Position numbers and translations under genes: made by a program. Below the pieces are notes generated by a model that had not been told where the DNA came from, searched no databases, and was given only the letters and a program-made list of their open reading frames with translations. From Candidatus Hydrogenedentota bacterium (lineage in GTDB: Bacteria; Hydrogenedentota; Hydrogenedentia; Hydrogenedentales; SLHB01), in contig CAXXYE010000009.1 in assembly GCA_963674865.2 (NCBI GenBank), positions 320,001 through 384,000 on the forward strand: a DNA stretch of 64,000 nt, given 5' to 3'. This document shows, piece after piece, positions 29,427-40,707 of this stretch (positions are counted from its first letter, which is position 1; the number at the start of each line of letters is the position of its first letter).

Positions 29427-30809
29427 TCAGCGATGAATCCTGCAGCCAGGCAGGGCGTTCATGAGGTCCGCCACTCCCGCTTCCGTTACCTTCGCCCCAC
29501 GGAGGTCGAGTTCCTCAAGATGCGTGAAGCCCTTCAGCCGACAGAGATCGGCGTCATCGATGCTGGTTCCTGAAAGGTCGAGGCGCATCAAAAGTTGAAG
29601 CGATGGCCAGGGCGAATACTCACGGCTATCCGAATAGGGAGCGCGAGAATCCGCGCCGCGCATGAGAAGAAGTCTGACGGTTTCCTCCTTGTCGCCCACC
29701 GAATAATACGGCTCAATCTGCCGCGTCGCGTAGTGGAGCGGCGTTCCCGGAAGCGTCGCGTCATTCGCATCGGCGCCGTGGTTCAGCAGAAAACGGACAG
29801 CCTCGACCCGCCCATGCAGAGCGGCGTATCGAAGGGCGACGCTCCCCTCGCGCCCGGCGAAATCAGCACCGGATTCCCGGCGCTCCGTCAGACGCCCCAA
29901 AGTCTCTGTATCACCGGCCCCGGCCGCATTGATAAAGGGGACATAACTTGCACGGAAGCCGGGAAGCCCGTCCAGCGGCGCACGCCGCTCCAGGATGGGC
30001 ATCGTATCAAGCGGCTCTATCCTGCATTCTGGCAACGCCCGCCGCAGTTCCGCCAAGCCCTCAAGCGAGATATTCGTATTGCTCAGATCCAGCGCTTTCA
30101 GGCATGAGAATCCGGAGAGGTACTTGATTCCATCATCGCCGAACGGCGTGCTCGCCAGATTGAGATAGAGCAGTGTGCGGAAGGGAGACGCGCTTAGCAG
30201 CCCCTCTCCCCGCACATGCGTGCCTGCCAGGTTCAGCGATTCCAGGCCCACAAAACCAACCAATCGCTCGAGATCCGAATCGCCTAAACCGGTGTTGGCG
30301 AAGTCCAGCGCCGTAACGCTGGCGTAACTGCTCACACTGCTGGGCGCTCCTGCTGCCACACGGCCCCCGGGCCCCATCCTCGAGTCTGCACCGAAAGCCA
30401 CAAGCGCCTCTATGATCCGCTGATACGAAGAAGGATCCGGCGCCGAGGCGCGTCCTTCCGAGGCCCACTGCAATGGGTATTTCCATGCTCGGCGCTTGAG
30501 GCCACCGTTGGGATCGGCCCCCTGTTCCACGAGGTAGGCCACAATTTCGGCATGCCCGGCGCGTGCAGCCGCTTGCAGGGCCGTGGAGCCGTCCGGAAAG
30601 GAGAAATTCACGTTCGCGCCGTTGCCGCCCACAAGGCACTTAACCGTACGAAAGTCGCCGTCTCTCGCTGCCTGGTAGAGCCTGCGCTGCTTGGGATGAA
30701 AGGCCCCATGTCTGGGATGTATGCATGCCCCCGTGAGGATGAGAACAGAGACGAGTCCCCATCGCCCCAGAAGATCGAGTCCGTCCGCCACCTGTCTTCG
30801 CCTCGCCAT
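29427..30809 (-). CDS. Ankyrin-repeat and leucine-rich-repeat protein (ANK-LRR-ANK-LRR), possible lipoprotein
   Basis: Hydrophobic segment ending ILTGAC; GSTALQAAARAGHAEIVAYL; LESLNLAGT, LKALDLSNT; ALRYAALHGRVEAVRFLL; LEELDLRGAKVTEAGV..L..ALPGCRI. Confidence 0.8.
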   Translation of the reverse strand: MARRRQVADGLDLLGRWGLVSVLILTGACIHPRHGAFHPKQRRLYQAARDGDFRTVKCLVGGNGANVNFSFPDGSTALQAAARAGHAEIVAYLVEQGADPNGGLKRRAWKYPLQWASEGRASAPDPSSYQRIIEALVAFGADSRMGPGGRVAAGAPSSVSSYASVTALDFANTGLGDSDLERLVGFVGLESLNLAGTHVRGEGLLSASPFRTLLYLNLASTPFGDDGIKYLSGFSCLKALDLSNTNISLEGLAELRRALPECRIEPLDTMPILERRAPLDGLPGFRASYVPFINAAGAGDTETLGRLTERRESGADFAGREGSVALRYAALHGRVEAVRFLLNHGADANDATLPGTPLHYATRQIEPYYSVGDKEETVRLLLMRGADSRAPYSDSREYSPWPSLQLLMRLDLSGTSIDDADLCRLKGFTHLEELDLRGAKVTEAGVADLMNALPGCRIHR

Positions 30810-30983
30810 GTTTCCGCTCCTAGCGTCACTAGCCACTTCCTTGCTCCCGTGTCTTGTTCGGAGTTCCATCCTTAGCTGGCCCCCTATCTCTTCTCCGCGT
30901 GGCTCGGCGTCCTCTAGGCCTCTGCGCTCAACTTCCTCCCTGGCGTGTGGCGGGCCGCGGCCCGCCGGTTTCGCTGTGGGCGT

Positions 30984-31718
30984 TCATGCCTTGCTGCCCA
31001 CATAGATGTATGAATTCACGCTATAGAAGTACTCTCCGTTCCTTGCCAGAGCCTTCATTTCGTCACAGATCATGTCGTAGTCCGTCTTGCCTATCCTGCC
31101 GGTTGCCACAAGAGCGCCAAGATCCTGAAGACGATCGAATCCATACCGGCCTTTCTCATATTCTGTCTCCAGCAGCGTGAAAGATTCCATGAAACCTGTG
31201 AATAGTCCGCTGCCTTCAAACACGCCCCACAGGCGTCTTCCCATTTGGCCGTCGCTCGCGTCCATCCAGCCCTGCTGCCAATCCGAGAACTCGGCCACCA
31301 ACCTACGGACTACCTCCCTATGCTCCGAATGGTAAACCTGCGTATCCCAATCCCAGTGGGCAAAGAGGATACGGCCACCCGGCCGGAGCACTCGCGCCAC
31401 CTCCGCGACCAGCGCCGTCCTGTTGGGAATACACTCCAGGGCGTCGACGGATACGACAACATCAAAGGCGGCGTCGGAGAAGGGAAGCGAATCGACGAAT
31501 TTCTCCTGACGAAAATCCACGCCCGGATATGATTTCTTGGCGTGGTCGATATGCCTTCTCATCGCATCGATACCGACAAGATTGGAGCCTGGAGCCACGT
31601 TACCGGAAATACGGGCAAGGAGGTCGCCCGTACCGCAGCCAAGATCAAGAATGTCGTATTGCCTCTCCGGCGCCAGCTCCAGGAGGGATAAGATCTCATC
31701 GAATAACGTCGTCTTCAT
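30984..31718 (-). CDS. Class I SAM-dependent methyltransferase
   Basis: ILDLGCGTG, LPFSDAAFDVV, EVARVLRPGG. Confidence 0.9.
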   Translation of the reverse strand: MKTTLFDEILSLLELAPERQYDILDLGCGTGDLLARISGNVAPGSNLVGIDAMRRHIDHAKKSYPGVDFRQEKFVDSLPFSDAAFDVVVSVDALECIPNRTALVAEVARVLRPGGRILFAHWDWDTQVYHSEHREVVRRLVAEFSDWQQGWMDASDGQMGRRLWGVFEGSGLFTGFMESFTLLETEYEKGRYGFDRLQDLGALVATGRIGKTDYDMICDEMKALARNGEYFYSVNSYIYVGSKA

Positions 31719-31898
31719 GGTGCCTTCCTAAGTACATGACAACACCGCGTCCGAGTCGCACGAGGCCAATCGGGGATTACCATCCGCCAAAACCGGGCAC
31801 GGACGCCCACTTCCGGTGCATGGCTCCAGCCTCTTTGCCGTTTCGGGGAGTGGGTGTCATAATGCCCGCCCCTATATGAACCACGGGAGAACGCTGCC

Positions 31899-33284
31899 AT
31901 GGCCGAGCAACCGAATATCATTCTCATTGTGGCGGACGACATGGGCTACGGGGACTTCGGAGCCTTCAGCGAGGGCGCCGCGAAGACGCCCACCATCGAC
32001 CGCCTTGTCGAGGAAGGCGTTTCCCTGACGCAACACTACGCGGCGTCGCCGGTATGCGCGCCGAGCCGCGCCGGGCTGCTCACGGGCCGCTATCCGCACC
32101 GAACCGGCGCGATCGATACGCTTGAGGGACGCGGCCTCGATCGCTTGGCCTTGAAAGAAACGACGCTGGCGGACTTGATGAAGCGCTCCGGATACGCGAC
32201 GGGCCTTGTCGGCAAGTGGCACAATGGCGCGCTCGACTCGCGGTATCATCCGAACGCACGCGGCTTCGACGAGTTCGTCGGTTTTCGCGGCGGCTGGCAG
32301 GACTACTACCGCTGGCGCCTGGATCGAAACGGCGCCTTTGCGAAGAGCGATGGGCGCTATCTGACGGACGTGTTCGCCGACGAGGCCGTCCGGTTTGTCG
32401 AGCGCCATGCCGCCGAGCCATTCTTTCTCCACGTCGCCTTCAATGCGCCGCATTTTCCCTTTCAGGCGCCGGAGGACGAGGTAGCTCCCTTCGCCGAGAC
32501 GGGCCGCTTCACCGAAGTCGTCAGCCTGATCTACGCCATGATCCGCCGCATGGACAAGGGCATCGAGCGCGTGCTCGACACCTTGGCGCGGCTGGGCATC
32601 GAGCAGAACACGCTCGTCATGTTCACCAGCGATAACGGGCCGCAGCTCGCCGGGGAAGGCGAGCGCGACACGAGGCGCTTCAACTGCAATTTCAACGGCG
32701 CCAAAGGCACCACCTATGAAGGCGGCGTACGCGTGCCCATGGTGCTCCGGTGGCCGGCCGGCCTCGACGCCGACCGCCACTATGATGAGTTCGTCCACTT
32801 CATGGATTGGCTGCCCACGCTGCTGGCAATCGCCGGGCAGGAGCCGCCGAAGGGCCTCGCCCTCGACGGCCAAAACATCCTCCCCGTGTTGCATGGCGAG
32901 CCGCGCAAGGTAAATCCGCGAAGGTGCTGGCAGTGGAATCGCTACACGCCCGTGATCGAGGGCAACGCCGCGATACGCGACGGCGACTGGAAACTGATTC
33001 GCCCCGTCATTTCGGCAGCGATGCAGATGAGCCGGGAAGACGCCGATATGGACGGCGGCTTGAAGTACGAGCCGGAGAAGTACGCCGACATCAACCGCCA
33101 TCCCGAACCGGAGCGCGAGATCCCCACGCCACCGCCCCCGCTGTTGTACAACATCAAGGACGACCCCCTCGAATGCCACGACCTCGCCGAGGCCGATCCT
33201 GATCGAGCCGCACGGATGCTCCGCGATCTCGAGGCGTGGTTTGAGGAAGTCGAGGCCGAGCGCCGCGCCATCCAAGACGACTGA
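31899..33284 (+). CDS. Formylglycine-dependent sulfatase (arylsulfatase A-like), no signal peptide
   Basis: PNIILIVADDMGYGD, CAPSRAGLLTGR, GKWH, FTSDNG, YEGGVRVP. Confidence 0.93.
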   Translation: MAEQPNIILIVADDMGYGDFGAFSEGAAKTPTIDRLVEEGVSLTQHYAASPVCAPSRAGLLTGRYPHRTGAIDTLEGRGLDRLALKETTLADLMKRSGYATGLVGKWHNGALDSRYHPNARGFDEFVGFRGGWQDYYRWRLDRNGAFAKSDGRYLTDVFADEAVRFVERHAAEPFFLHVAFNAPHFPFQAPEDEVAPFAETGRFTEVVSLIYAMIRRMDKGIERVLDTLARLGIEQNTLVMFTSDNGPQLAGEGERDTRRFNCNFNGAKGTTYEGGVRVPMVLRWPAGLDADRHYDEFVHFMDWLPTLLAIAGQEPPKGLALDGQNILPVLHGEPRKVNPRRCWQWNRYTPVIEGNAAIRDGDWKLIRPVISAAMQMSREDADMDGGLKYEPEKYADINRHPEPEREIPTPPPPLLYNIKDDPLECHDLAEADPDRAARMLRDLEAWFEEVEAERRAIQDD

Positions 33285-33311
33285 GTGCTCGTGAAGAAAT
33301 CGGCAATGTCC

Positions 33312-33368
33312 GGAAAAAGGGACATGTTCCAAGCGCCGTCCCCGGCGCGACTACGTGTCCCCTTTTCC
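33312..33368. repeat. Family A hairpin repeat, copy 2, containing the rluD stop codon
   Basis: Near-identical to 21637-21694; the rluD stop (33351-33353) and its last codons (GKGDT) lie inside it. Confidence 0.9.
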
Positions 33369-34355
33369 CGCCTCGCGGCGGAGGGCGTCGAGGGCGTTCT
33401 GGAAATCGGGCGGCAGCGGCGCTGAGAAACTCAACCGCTCCCCCGTGGCCGGATGCGTAAATCCCAGACGCTCGGCGTGGAGTGCCTGGCCTTTCAGCTG
33501 CCCGAGACTCTCCTTGGTTTCCGCACGCACCGGCCATTTCGAGAAGTCCGATACGCCGTACACCGTGTCGCCAAGCACCGGCCGGCCCGCGTAGCGCAGG
33601 TGAACGCGCACTTGGTGTGTCCGGCCCGTCTCGAGCTGGAGTCCGACGAGCGATGCGTAGCCAAACCGCTCGAGCACCTCGAAATGTGTAACCGCGTCGC
33701 GCCCCTGCAATCCCGTAATTGTCATGCGGGTGGGATCGGCCGTACTGCGGCCCATGGGAGCATCGATGCGGCCGCGCTCTTCCTTGAACTCCCCGCTAAC
33801 CAAGGCGAGATAGCGCCTGTCGAAGGTGTGTTCCCGAGCCTGTTGCGAAAGATGCGTGAAGGCCCGGGGCGACTTGGCGACCACCAGCACGCCGGAGGTG
33901 TATTGATCGAGGCGATGCACGATGCCGGGCCGATCCGCTTCGCCGCCGGGACGCTTGAAATCAGGACAATGAAACAGAACAGCGTTAACCAGCGTGCCCG
34001 TGTAATGCCCCGGCGCAGGATGGACGACGAGCCCCGCGGGCTTGTTCACTACCACGACATCCGCGTCCTGATAGAGGATCTCGAGGGGAATATCCTCAGG
34101 CGCGGCATCGGTGGATGGCGGGGGAGGCATTTCCGCCCGTACGGCCTCCCCGAGCGCCATCGCGCGCGAAGGGCGGCGGCACGGCGAGCCGTTAATGGAC
34201 ACGCCCCCATCCTTGATGACCTTCTTCAGGAATGAGCGCGACGCATCCTCGATCTCGCCGGCAAGATAGACATCCAGGCGAAGGCCCTGTTGTGCCTCGT
34301 CGACGATGGACTCGAAAACATCCGAGGCGTCAGCGCCGTTGGTGTTCTGACTCAT
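33351..34355 (-). CDS. rluD: RluA-family 23S rRNA pseudouridine synthase with S4 domain
   Basis: RLDVYL S4 domain, NKPAGLVVHP, GIVHRLD, LETGRTHQVRVH, QALHA. Confidence 0.9.
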   Translation of the reverse strand: MSQNTNGADASDVFESIVDEAQQGLRLDVYLAGEIEDASRSFLKKVIKDGGVSINGSPCRRPSRAMALGEAVRAEMPPPPSTDAAPEDIPLEILYQDADVVVVNKPAGLVVHPAPGHYTGTLVNAVLFHCPDFKRPGGEADRPGIVHRLDQYTSGVLVVAKSPRAFTHLSQQAREHTFDRRYLALVSGEFKEERGRIDAPMGRSTADPTRMTITGLQGRDAVTHFEVLERFGYASLVGLQLETGRTHQVRVHLRYAGRPVLGDTVYGVSDFSKWPVRAETKESLGQLKGQALHAERLGFTHPATGERLSFSAPLPPDFQNALDALRREAGKGDT

Positions 34356-34459
34356 AATTGACGGCGCTTATCTGCAGATGAAGAAGCGTCAAGAAGAAGC
34401 GAAAAACGGGGACTGACGCAAGCGGAGCGAAGCGAAGACGTGTCTGTCCCTGCTTTTCG
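34342..34459. repeat. 118-bp family B element, copy 2, overlapping the rluD start codon
   Basis: 106 of 118 nt identical to 14279-14396; fills the xylB-rluD gap. Confidence 0.9.
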
Positions 34460-34466
34460 CATACCG

Positions 34467-35993
34467 CTAGAGGAGTCCGGCCGCACGACGGAATCCTGGG
34501 GCGAGAGCTTGATAGGCCGCCTGATACTCCGCGAACCATGGATCATAAGCGGCCGCCCGCGCCGTATCCGGTTCGCAAGTGTCAACCACGCGGATAGTGG
34601 CGTCGCAGGCCTCCTCCACGCTGCCGTACATCCCCGTGCCCACCGAAGCCAGCAGGGCCGCGCCGTATGCCGGCCCCTCATCGATGTTGATCAAGACGAG
34701 CGGCGCTTTGTTCACATCGGCCTGGATCTGCCGCCATACCGTGCTGCGGGCCCCGCCGCCCGAGGCGCGGACCTGCTCTTTGGATACGCCCATCTCATGC
34801 AGAATCTCGAAGCTGTCCCGCAGCGCGTACGCCACGCCCTCGAGCACGGCGCGCGCCATATGCGCCCGCGTATGCCTGAGCGAGAGGCCCACAAACGCCC
34901 CCTTGGCAAAGGGATCCTTGTGGGGCGTCCGCTCGCCGGTAAGGTATGGCAGGAAGAGCAGGCCCTCGGCGCCTGGGGGCACGGCGCCCGCCGCGGCGCA
35001 GATATAGTCATACGGATCGGCGCCAGTCTCGGCCGCGACGGCCTGCTCGGCCTGGCAAAGAGCATCGCGAAACCAGCGAAGCGATCCGCCCGCGCTTAAC
35101 ACCACGCCCATCACGTGCCACTTGCCCGGCACGGCGTGGCAGAAGGTGTGTACGCGCCCCTTGGGATCGGTAGACACCTTGTCCGCAAACGCGAACACGA
35201 CGCCGCTCGTGCCGACGGTAGATGAGATCACGCCTGGCCGGACGATGCCGCAGCCGACGCCGCCTGCTGCCTGATCCCCGCCGCCCGCCACCACGGGAAT
35301 GCCGGCCGGAAGGCCCGTCGCGGCCGCCGCCTCTGTCGAGAGGGTGCCTGTGACCTCAGGTCCTTCATAGGCCGGTGGCATGAATTCCGCGGGCACATCA
35401 AGCAAGGCCATGAGTTCCTGGTGCCAGGAACGGTTTTTCACGTCGAACAGCAAGGTTCCGGAGGCATCTGCGACGTCCGTGGCGAATTCCCCCGTCAGCT
35501 CAAGGCGGACGTAGTCCTTCGGTAGAAGCACCTTGCGGACACGCTCGTACACCTCGGGCTCGTTGTCGCGCAGCCAGAGGATTTTCGGTGCAGTGAACCC
35601 AGTGAGCGCCGGATTGCTCACCATCTCGATGAGCCGTTCGGCCCCCACCTTGCTGGTGATGTCATCACACTGCTTGGCGGTGCGTTGATCGCACCAGAGG
35701 ATCGCATTGCGCAGGACCTTGCCGTCCCCATCCAAGAATACGGAGCCGTGCATCTGGCCCGTCAGTCCGATACCTTTGACCTCGTCCTTTTCTATGTCCG
35801 GGGCGTGGGCCAATTCAGAAAGGGCCTGGAGGGCGGCCCGTTTCCAATCCGCCGGAGCCTGCTCCGCCCAGTTCGGCTTCGGGCTGAGGAGGGGGTACTC
35901 CACCAAGGCCGTCGCCACAACACGGCCCGTCTCATCAACGGCGAGTGCCTTCGAGCCGCTTGTCCCCACGTCTAGGCCAATGACAATGCCCAT
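34467..35993 (-). CDS. xylB: Xylulokinase
   Basis: GLDVGTSG, TGQMHG, AILWCDQRT, GGGDQAAG, LPYLTGERTP, GGGARS. Confidence 0.92.
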   Translation of the reverse strand: MGIVIGLDVGTSGSKALAVDETGRVVATALVEYPLLSPKPNWAEQAPADWKRAALQALSELAHAPDIEKDEVKGIGLTGQMHGSVFLDGDGKVLRNAILWCDQRTAKQCDDITSKVGAERLIEMVSNPALTGFTAPKILWLRDNEPEVYERVRKVLLPKDYVRLELTGEFATDVADASGTLLFDVKNRSWHQELMALLDVPAEFMPPAYEGPEVTGTLSTEAAAATGLPAGIPVVAGGGDQAAGGVGCGIVRPGVISSTVGTSGVVFAFADKVSTDPKGRVHTFCHAVPGKWHVMGVVLSAGGSLRWFRDALCQAEQAVAAETGADPYDYICAAAGAVPPGAEGLLFLPYLTGERTPHKDPFAKGAFVGLSLRHTRAHMARAVLEGVAYALRDSFEILHEMGVSKEQVRASGGGARSTVWRQIQADVNKAPLVLINIDEGPAYGAALLASVGTGMYGSVEEACDATIRVVDTCEPDTARAAAYDPWFAEYQAAYQALAPGFRRAAGLL

Positions 35994-36063
35994 GATTTCC
36001 CCTTCTTGATCCTGCTTGCGCGCCCTTTACCGCCTAATCCCCGATGCCGCAACAGAGCAGCCC

Positions 36064-36100
36064 AAAAAACAATCGACAGGGCCGCTTGCGCGACCCTGTC
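36064..36100 (-). terminator. Putative intrinsic terminator after rpsU
   Basis: Minus strand GACAGGGTCGC-GCAA-GCGGCCCTGTC hairpin followed by a T-rich tract. Confidence 0.6.
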
Positions 36101-36126
36101 TCAGAAGGTGTCATTACATCCGCGGC

Positions 36127-36309
36127 CTATTCGTTGGCTGCAGCACGCGCGATAGCTTTCGCGATCTTCCTACGCCGTTTCTCGCTCGGCTTCTCGTAAT
36201 GTTTCGTCTCTTTCAGGCGTTGCATGATACCTTCTTTATTGCACTTCTTCTTGAAGCGCCGCAACGCCTTCTCGAACGGCTCATCCGTTTTTACGCGAAC
36301 CTTTGTCAC
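36127..36309 (-). CDS. rpsU: 30S ribosomal protein S21
   Basis: GTG start after GGAGGT; EPFEKALRRFKK, HYEKPSEKRRRK. Confidence 0.95.
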   Translation of the reverse strand: MTKVRVKTDEPFEKALRRFKKKCNKEGIMQRLKETKHYEKPSEKRRRKIAKAIARAAANE

Positions 36310-36432
36310 TCAGTCTCGACCTCCCCTCTCGGCAAAGTTGATAATGCTAAGGTGTAACATCAGGGACATCGGTGGACACCCCTGCACCTAAATCCCTGGT
36401 TCTTACTCGACCTCTGGTGTTACTGGCTCACC

Positions 36433-36462
36433 ACTATATCACCACGCCGGATTGACTGTCAA
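36433..36462 (-). promoter_or_regulatory. Putative sigma70 promoter of rpsU
   Basis: TTGACA-N18-TATAGT with extended TG. Confidence 0.55.
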
Positions 36463-36564
36463 CTTGGCGCGAAAAACCGCAGTCCCGCGACAGTCTTTCT
36501 TGCGTGCCTTAAAGCCTTTACATCACAAGACTTCGCAAAGGCATGCCCCAGTAGGGGCGTGCCG

Positions 36565-39500
36565 TCACGCGACAATATCGCTTGCCTCGGTAGCCGGACC
36601 CACTTCGAGTTCGTCCGAGAAGTCCTGCGTCACATCCGCCGTCAAGATGGCCTGAGAATCCTGATAATGTCGGCTTCCCGTCCCCGCTGGGATCAGGTGC
36701 CCGATGATCACGTTCTCTTTTAGACCGCGGAGCTGGTCCCGCTTACCGGAAAGCGCGGCCTCCGTCAAGACGCGCGTCGTTTGCTGGAAGGACGCCGCCG
36801 CGATGAAACTCTCCGTGCTCAAAGCCGCCTTGGTGATGCCTTGCAGCATGGGCTCCGCCATTGCCGGGCGCCCATCCTTCGCACGAGTCTGCTCATTGAC
36901 CTCTTGGAACCGGATCTTGTCCACTTCCTCGTGGGCCAGGAACGGCGTATCGCCAGGATCATCCTTGACACGGACCTTCCGAAGCATCTGACGGATAATG
37001 ACTTCGATGTGCTTGTCGTTAGTCCGCACGCCCTGCAAACGGTACACCTGCTGGACCTCATCGAGAAGGTACTTACGCAACGCGTCCTCGCCCAAGACCT
37101 CCAGAATGTCCTTCGGAATCACCGGGCCGTCCGTCAGGCGCTGGCCCGCCACAACCCGGTCGCCCGTCTGCACATTGAGATGCTTGCCCGGCGGGATCGT
37201 ATACTCACGCTCCTTACCAACCGGAGGAATAACCTTAACCTTCCGCATTCCCTTTGTGGCTCCGCCGAGTTCCACAATCCCGTCGATATGGCTGATCACG
37301 GCCGGATCCTTCGGAGGACGGGCCTCGAAAAGCTCCGCAACGCGCGGCAACCCGCCCGTGATGTCGGTGGTCTTGCTGAAAGTACGCGGCGTCTTGGCCA
37401 GCAGGTCGCCGGCGCGGACCTTGACGCCGTCCTCGACCACCACGTGCGTTTGCGCCGGAACCGTAGCGTACGCCAGGACCTCGTCATTCTTGCCCAAAAT
37501 CGTGATCTGGGGATGCAGGTCTTGGCGATGCTCCGTGATGACGCGTTCCTCCAAACCGGTGTCCGGATTGATATCCACGCGCATCGTGACGCCTTCCACC
37601 ATGCCATCGAGCTGAATCAGGCCCGAAGCTTCGGCCACGATCGAGACGTTATACGGATCCCACTCGAAGATGATGGAGCCCTTGCGGACCTTCTGGCCAT
37701 CCTCGATGTGTAACGCGCATCCTGTAGGTACCGGATAGCGCTGGAGTTCCCGCTCCTCGCTGTCCGTCACAACCAGCTCGCCGCCCCGGCTGACAACCAC
37801 CGTCTTGCCGTCCCGGTCTTCGGCTGTCCGGACGTTCCGGTACGTAACCACGCCGGTCTCGACCATACGGACCTCGCTCGACTCCACCTGCCGGCTGGCA
37901 GCGCCGCCGATATGGAATGTGCGCATTGTCAACTGGGTGCCCGGCTCGCCGATGGACTGGGCTGCGATGATGCCGACCGCCTCGCCCATTTCGACGAGAC
38001 GCCCGGTCGCCAGGTTCCGCCCGTAGCATTTCGCACAGACGCCGCGAGACGACTGGCACGTAAGCACGCTGCGGATCCGGATGCCCGGGAACCCCTTTTC
38101 GACGATCTTGAGGGCCTTCTCTTCGTCAATCTCCTCATTCGCGCGAACGATGGGCTCCGGCTCGTCCGGAACCGTGATATCTTCAAGCGTGTAGCGCCCG
38201 ACAATGCGCTCCTCGAGGGGGGCGACGATTTCGGCGCCGTCCATGAGCGGCTCGATCCAAATGCCGCTGAGCGTCCCACAATCATCCTCCTCGATGCTCA
38301 CATCCTGCGCCACGTCCACCAGACGGCGCGTCAGATAGCCGGCGTCGGCCGTCTTAAGGGCGGTGTCGGCCAACCCCTTGCGCGCGCCGTGTGAAGAGAT
38401 GAAGTATTCGACCACCGTGAGGCCCTCACGGAAGTTACTCGTGATAGGACTCTCGATGATGTCGCCGCTAGGCTTCGCCATCAGCCCGCGCATTGCCGCC
38501 AACTGGCGAATCTGCTGCTTGTTGCCACGGGCGCCCGAATCGAACATGAGGTAAATGCCGCTGAAGCCCTGATCGCGGTTGGCCATCTGCCGCAACATGG
38601 CCGCGGTCAGTTCCTCCGTCGTGGTGGTCCACTGGTCGATCACTTTGTTGTAGCGCTCGCCTTCAGTGATCAGGCCGTTCTGGTACATCTCATCGATCCG
38701 TTGGACCTCCTGCTGCGCCCGCCCGATAAGCTCTTTCTTATCCGGCGGCACCAACATGTCCTCCATGGCAATCGAGATGCCCGCAAGCGTGGCGTACGTG
38801 AAACCGACGCGCTTCAACTCGTCAAGAAGCTCAACCGTTTTCTGGAGCCCGTGCTCTGCGTAAGCTTTCGCGATGACATCGCCGATGGACGTCTTCGTCT
38901 GCTCCCGGTTCACGTCGTCGAAACTGATCTCTTGCGGAAGAGCCTGCGCAAAGAGTACGCGCCCCGCCGTTGTATCGACGATCTCTCGCTGGGGCGTTCC
39001 GTCTTCCCCTTCCCGCTCGACAACGAGCTTGAGCCGGGCATGAAGATCTATCTGTCCCATTTCATGGGCCAGAACCACGCTCTCCATGTCTGTGAAAACC
39101 TTCCCGGGCGCCAGGATCGCGCCGTCCTTGCCCGTCCACTCGTTCTGCCACTCTCCCTTCGCGCCGCGCCGCACCTTCGTAAGGTACGACACGCCAAGGA
39201 CGATGTCCTGACTCGGCGCCACAATCGGGCGCCCGTGCGACGGGGAGAAGATGTTCGTATTCGACATCATGAGCAGTCGCGCCTCAAGCTGCGCCGCGGG
39301 CATGAGAGGCACGTGAACCGCCATCTGGTCGCCGTCGAAATCAGCGTTGAAGGCCGCGCACACCAAAGGATGGATGCGGATGGCCTTGCCCTCGATCAGC
39401 ACCGGCTCGAAGGCCTGGATGCCGAGGCGGTGAAGCGTGGGCGCCCGGTTCAGCATAACGGGATGCTCCTTGATGACCTCCTCGAGGATATCCCATACTT

Positions 39501-40704
39501 CGGTGCGCCCCTGCGCGATGGCCCGCTTGGCGGCCTTGATCGTCGTAGCGATGCCGCGTTCCTTCAGTTCGTGAATGATGAACGGCTCAAACAGCTCCAG
39601 CGCCATCTTTTTTGGAAGGCCGCATTGGTGGAGCCTGAGTTCCGGCCCCACCACGATCACGCTACGCCCGCTATAGTCCACGCGCTTGCCAAGAAGGTTC
39701 TGACGAAACCGGCCTTGCTTCCCCTTCAGCATGTCGCTCAGGGACTTCAGCGGGCGATTGCCCGCCCCAAGCACCGTTCGGCCGTGCCGGCCGTTGTCGA
39801 AAAGCGCGTCCACGGCCTCTTGGAGCATGCGCTTCTCATTCCGAAGGATAACCTCCGGCGCGCGCAGCTCGACGAGGCGCTTCAGACGATTATTCCGGTT
39901 GATAACCCTGCGGTACAGATCGTTCAGATCGCTCGTGGCATAGCGCCCGCCTTCGAGCGGCACCAGGGGCCGCAGATCCGGAGGAATCACAGGAATGACG
40001 TCCAACACCATCCACGCGGGATCATTGCCGCTCTTACGAAGGGCCTCGACCACCTTGAGTCGCTTAATCGCTTTCGTGCGCCCCTGAATGCTCGTGGTGC
40101 TGGCAAACTGAGCGTGCAGTTCCGCGCTCAACGCCTCGATATCGATCTCCTCGAGCAGCATTTTGACGGCCTCGGCGCCCATCTTCGCCATGAAGGCGTC
40201 GCCCCATTCCGAACGGGCGTCCTGGTACTCGTCCTCCGTGAGCGTCTGCATCTTGTCGAGGGTGGTCTCCCCCGGATCGATGACGATGTAGTTCTCGAAA
40301 TAGATGATGCGTTCAAGAACGCGGATACTCAGGTCGAGGAGGTTGCCGATGCAACTGGGCGTTGTCTTGAAAAACCAAATGTGCGTAACGGGAACGGCGA
40401 GTTTAATACAGCCCATGCGCTCCCGGCGCACCTTGCTTTCCGTGATTTCCACGCCGCAACGGTCGCACGTAATGCCACGGTGCTTGACCTTCTTGTACTT
40501 GCCGCACCCGCATTCCCAGTCCTTCACAGGACCGAAGATGCGCTCGCAAAACAGACCGTCCTTTTCCGGCTTGAACGTACGGTAGTTGATGGTTTCCGGC
40601 TTCTTGACCTCGCCGCGGCTCCACTTGATGATCTCTTCCGGGCTTGCCAAGCGGATCTGAAGCGCATCAAATCGTTCACCTGTCGTCGGTACGTACTTCG
40701 ACAC
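36565..40704 (-). CDS. rpoC: DNA-directed RNA polymerase beta' subunit
   Basis: [10 protein letters not shown], Zn-finger cysteines, [39 protein letters not shown]. Confidence 0.99.
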   Translation of the reverse strand: MSKYVPTTGERFDALQIRLASPEEIIKWSRGEVKKPETINYRTFKPEKDGLFCERIFGPVKDWECGCGKYKKVKHRGITCDRCGVEITESKVRRERMGCIKLAVPVTHIWFFKTTPSCIGNLLDLSIRVLERIIYFENYIVIDPGETTLDKMQTLTEDEYQDARSEWGDAFMAKMGAEAVKMLLEEIDIEALSAELHAQFASTTSIQGRTKAIKRLKVVEALRKSGNDPAWMVLDVIPVIPPDLRPLVPLEGGRYATSDLNDLYRRVINRNNRLKRLVELRAPEVILRNEKRMLQEAVDALFDNGRHGRTVLGAGNRPLKSLSDMLKGKQGRFRQNLLGKRVDYSGRSVIVVGPELRLHQCGLPKKMALELFEPFIIHELKERGIATTIKAAKRAIAQGRTEVWDILEEVIKEHPVMLNRAPTLHRLGIQAFEPVLIEGKAIRIHPLVCAAFNADFDGDQMAVHVPLMPAAQLEARLLMMSNTNIFSPSHGRPIVAPSQDIVLGVSYLTKVRRGAKGEWQNEWTGKDGAILAPGKVFTDMESVVLAHEMGQIDLHARLKLVVEREGEDGTPQREIVDTTAGRVLFAQALPQEISFDDVNREQTKTSIGDVIAKAYAEHGLQKTVELLDELKRVGFTYATLAGISIAMEDMLVPPDKKELIGRAQQEVQRIDEMYQNGLITEGERYNKVIDQWTTTTEELTAAMLRQMANRDQGFSGIYLMFDSGARGNKQQIRQLAAMRGLMAKPSGDIIESPITSNFREGLTVVEYFISSHGARKGLADTALKTADAGYLTRRLVDVAQDVSIEEDDCGTLSGIWIEPLMDGAEIVAPLEERIVGRYTLEDITVPDEPEPIVRANEEIDEEKALKIVEKGFPGIRIRSVLTCQSSRGVCAKCYGRNLATGRLVEMGEAVGIIAAQSIGEPGTQLTMRTFHIGGAASRQVESSEVRMVETGVVTYRNVRTAEDRDGKTVVVSRGGELVVTDSEERELQRYPVPTGCALHIEDGQKVRKGSIIFEWDPYNVSIVAEASGLIQLDGMVEGVTMRVDINPDTGLEERVITEHRQDLHPQITILGKNDEVLAYATVPAQTHVVVEDGVKVRAGDLLAKTPRTFSKTTDITGGLPRVAELFEARPPKDPAVISHIDGIVELGGATKGMRKVKVIPPVGKEREYTIPPGKHLNVQTGDRVVAGQRLTDGPVIPKDILEVLGEDALRKYLLDEVQQVYRLQGVRTNDKHIEVIIRQMLRKVRVKDDPGDTPFLAHEEVDKIRFQEVNEQTRAKDGRPAMAEPMLQGITKAALSTESFIAAASFQQTTRVLTEAALSGKRDQLRGLKENVIIGHLIPAGTGSRHYQDSQAILTADVTQDFSDELEVGPATEASDIVA

Positions 40705-40707
40705 GGT

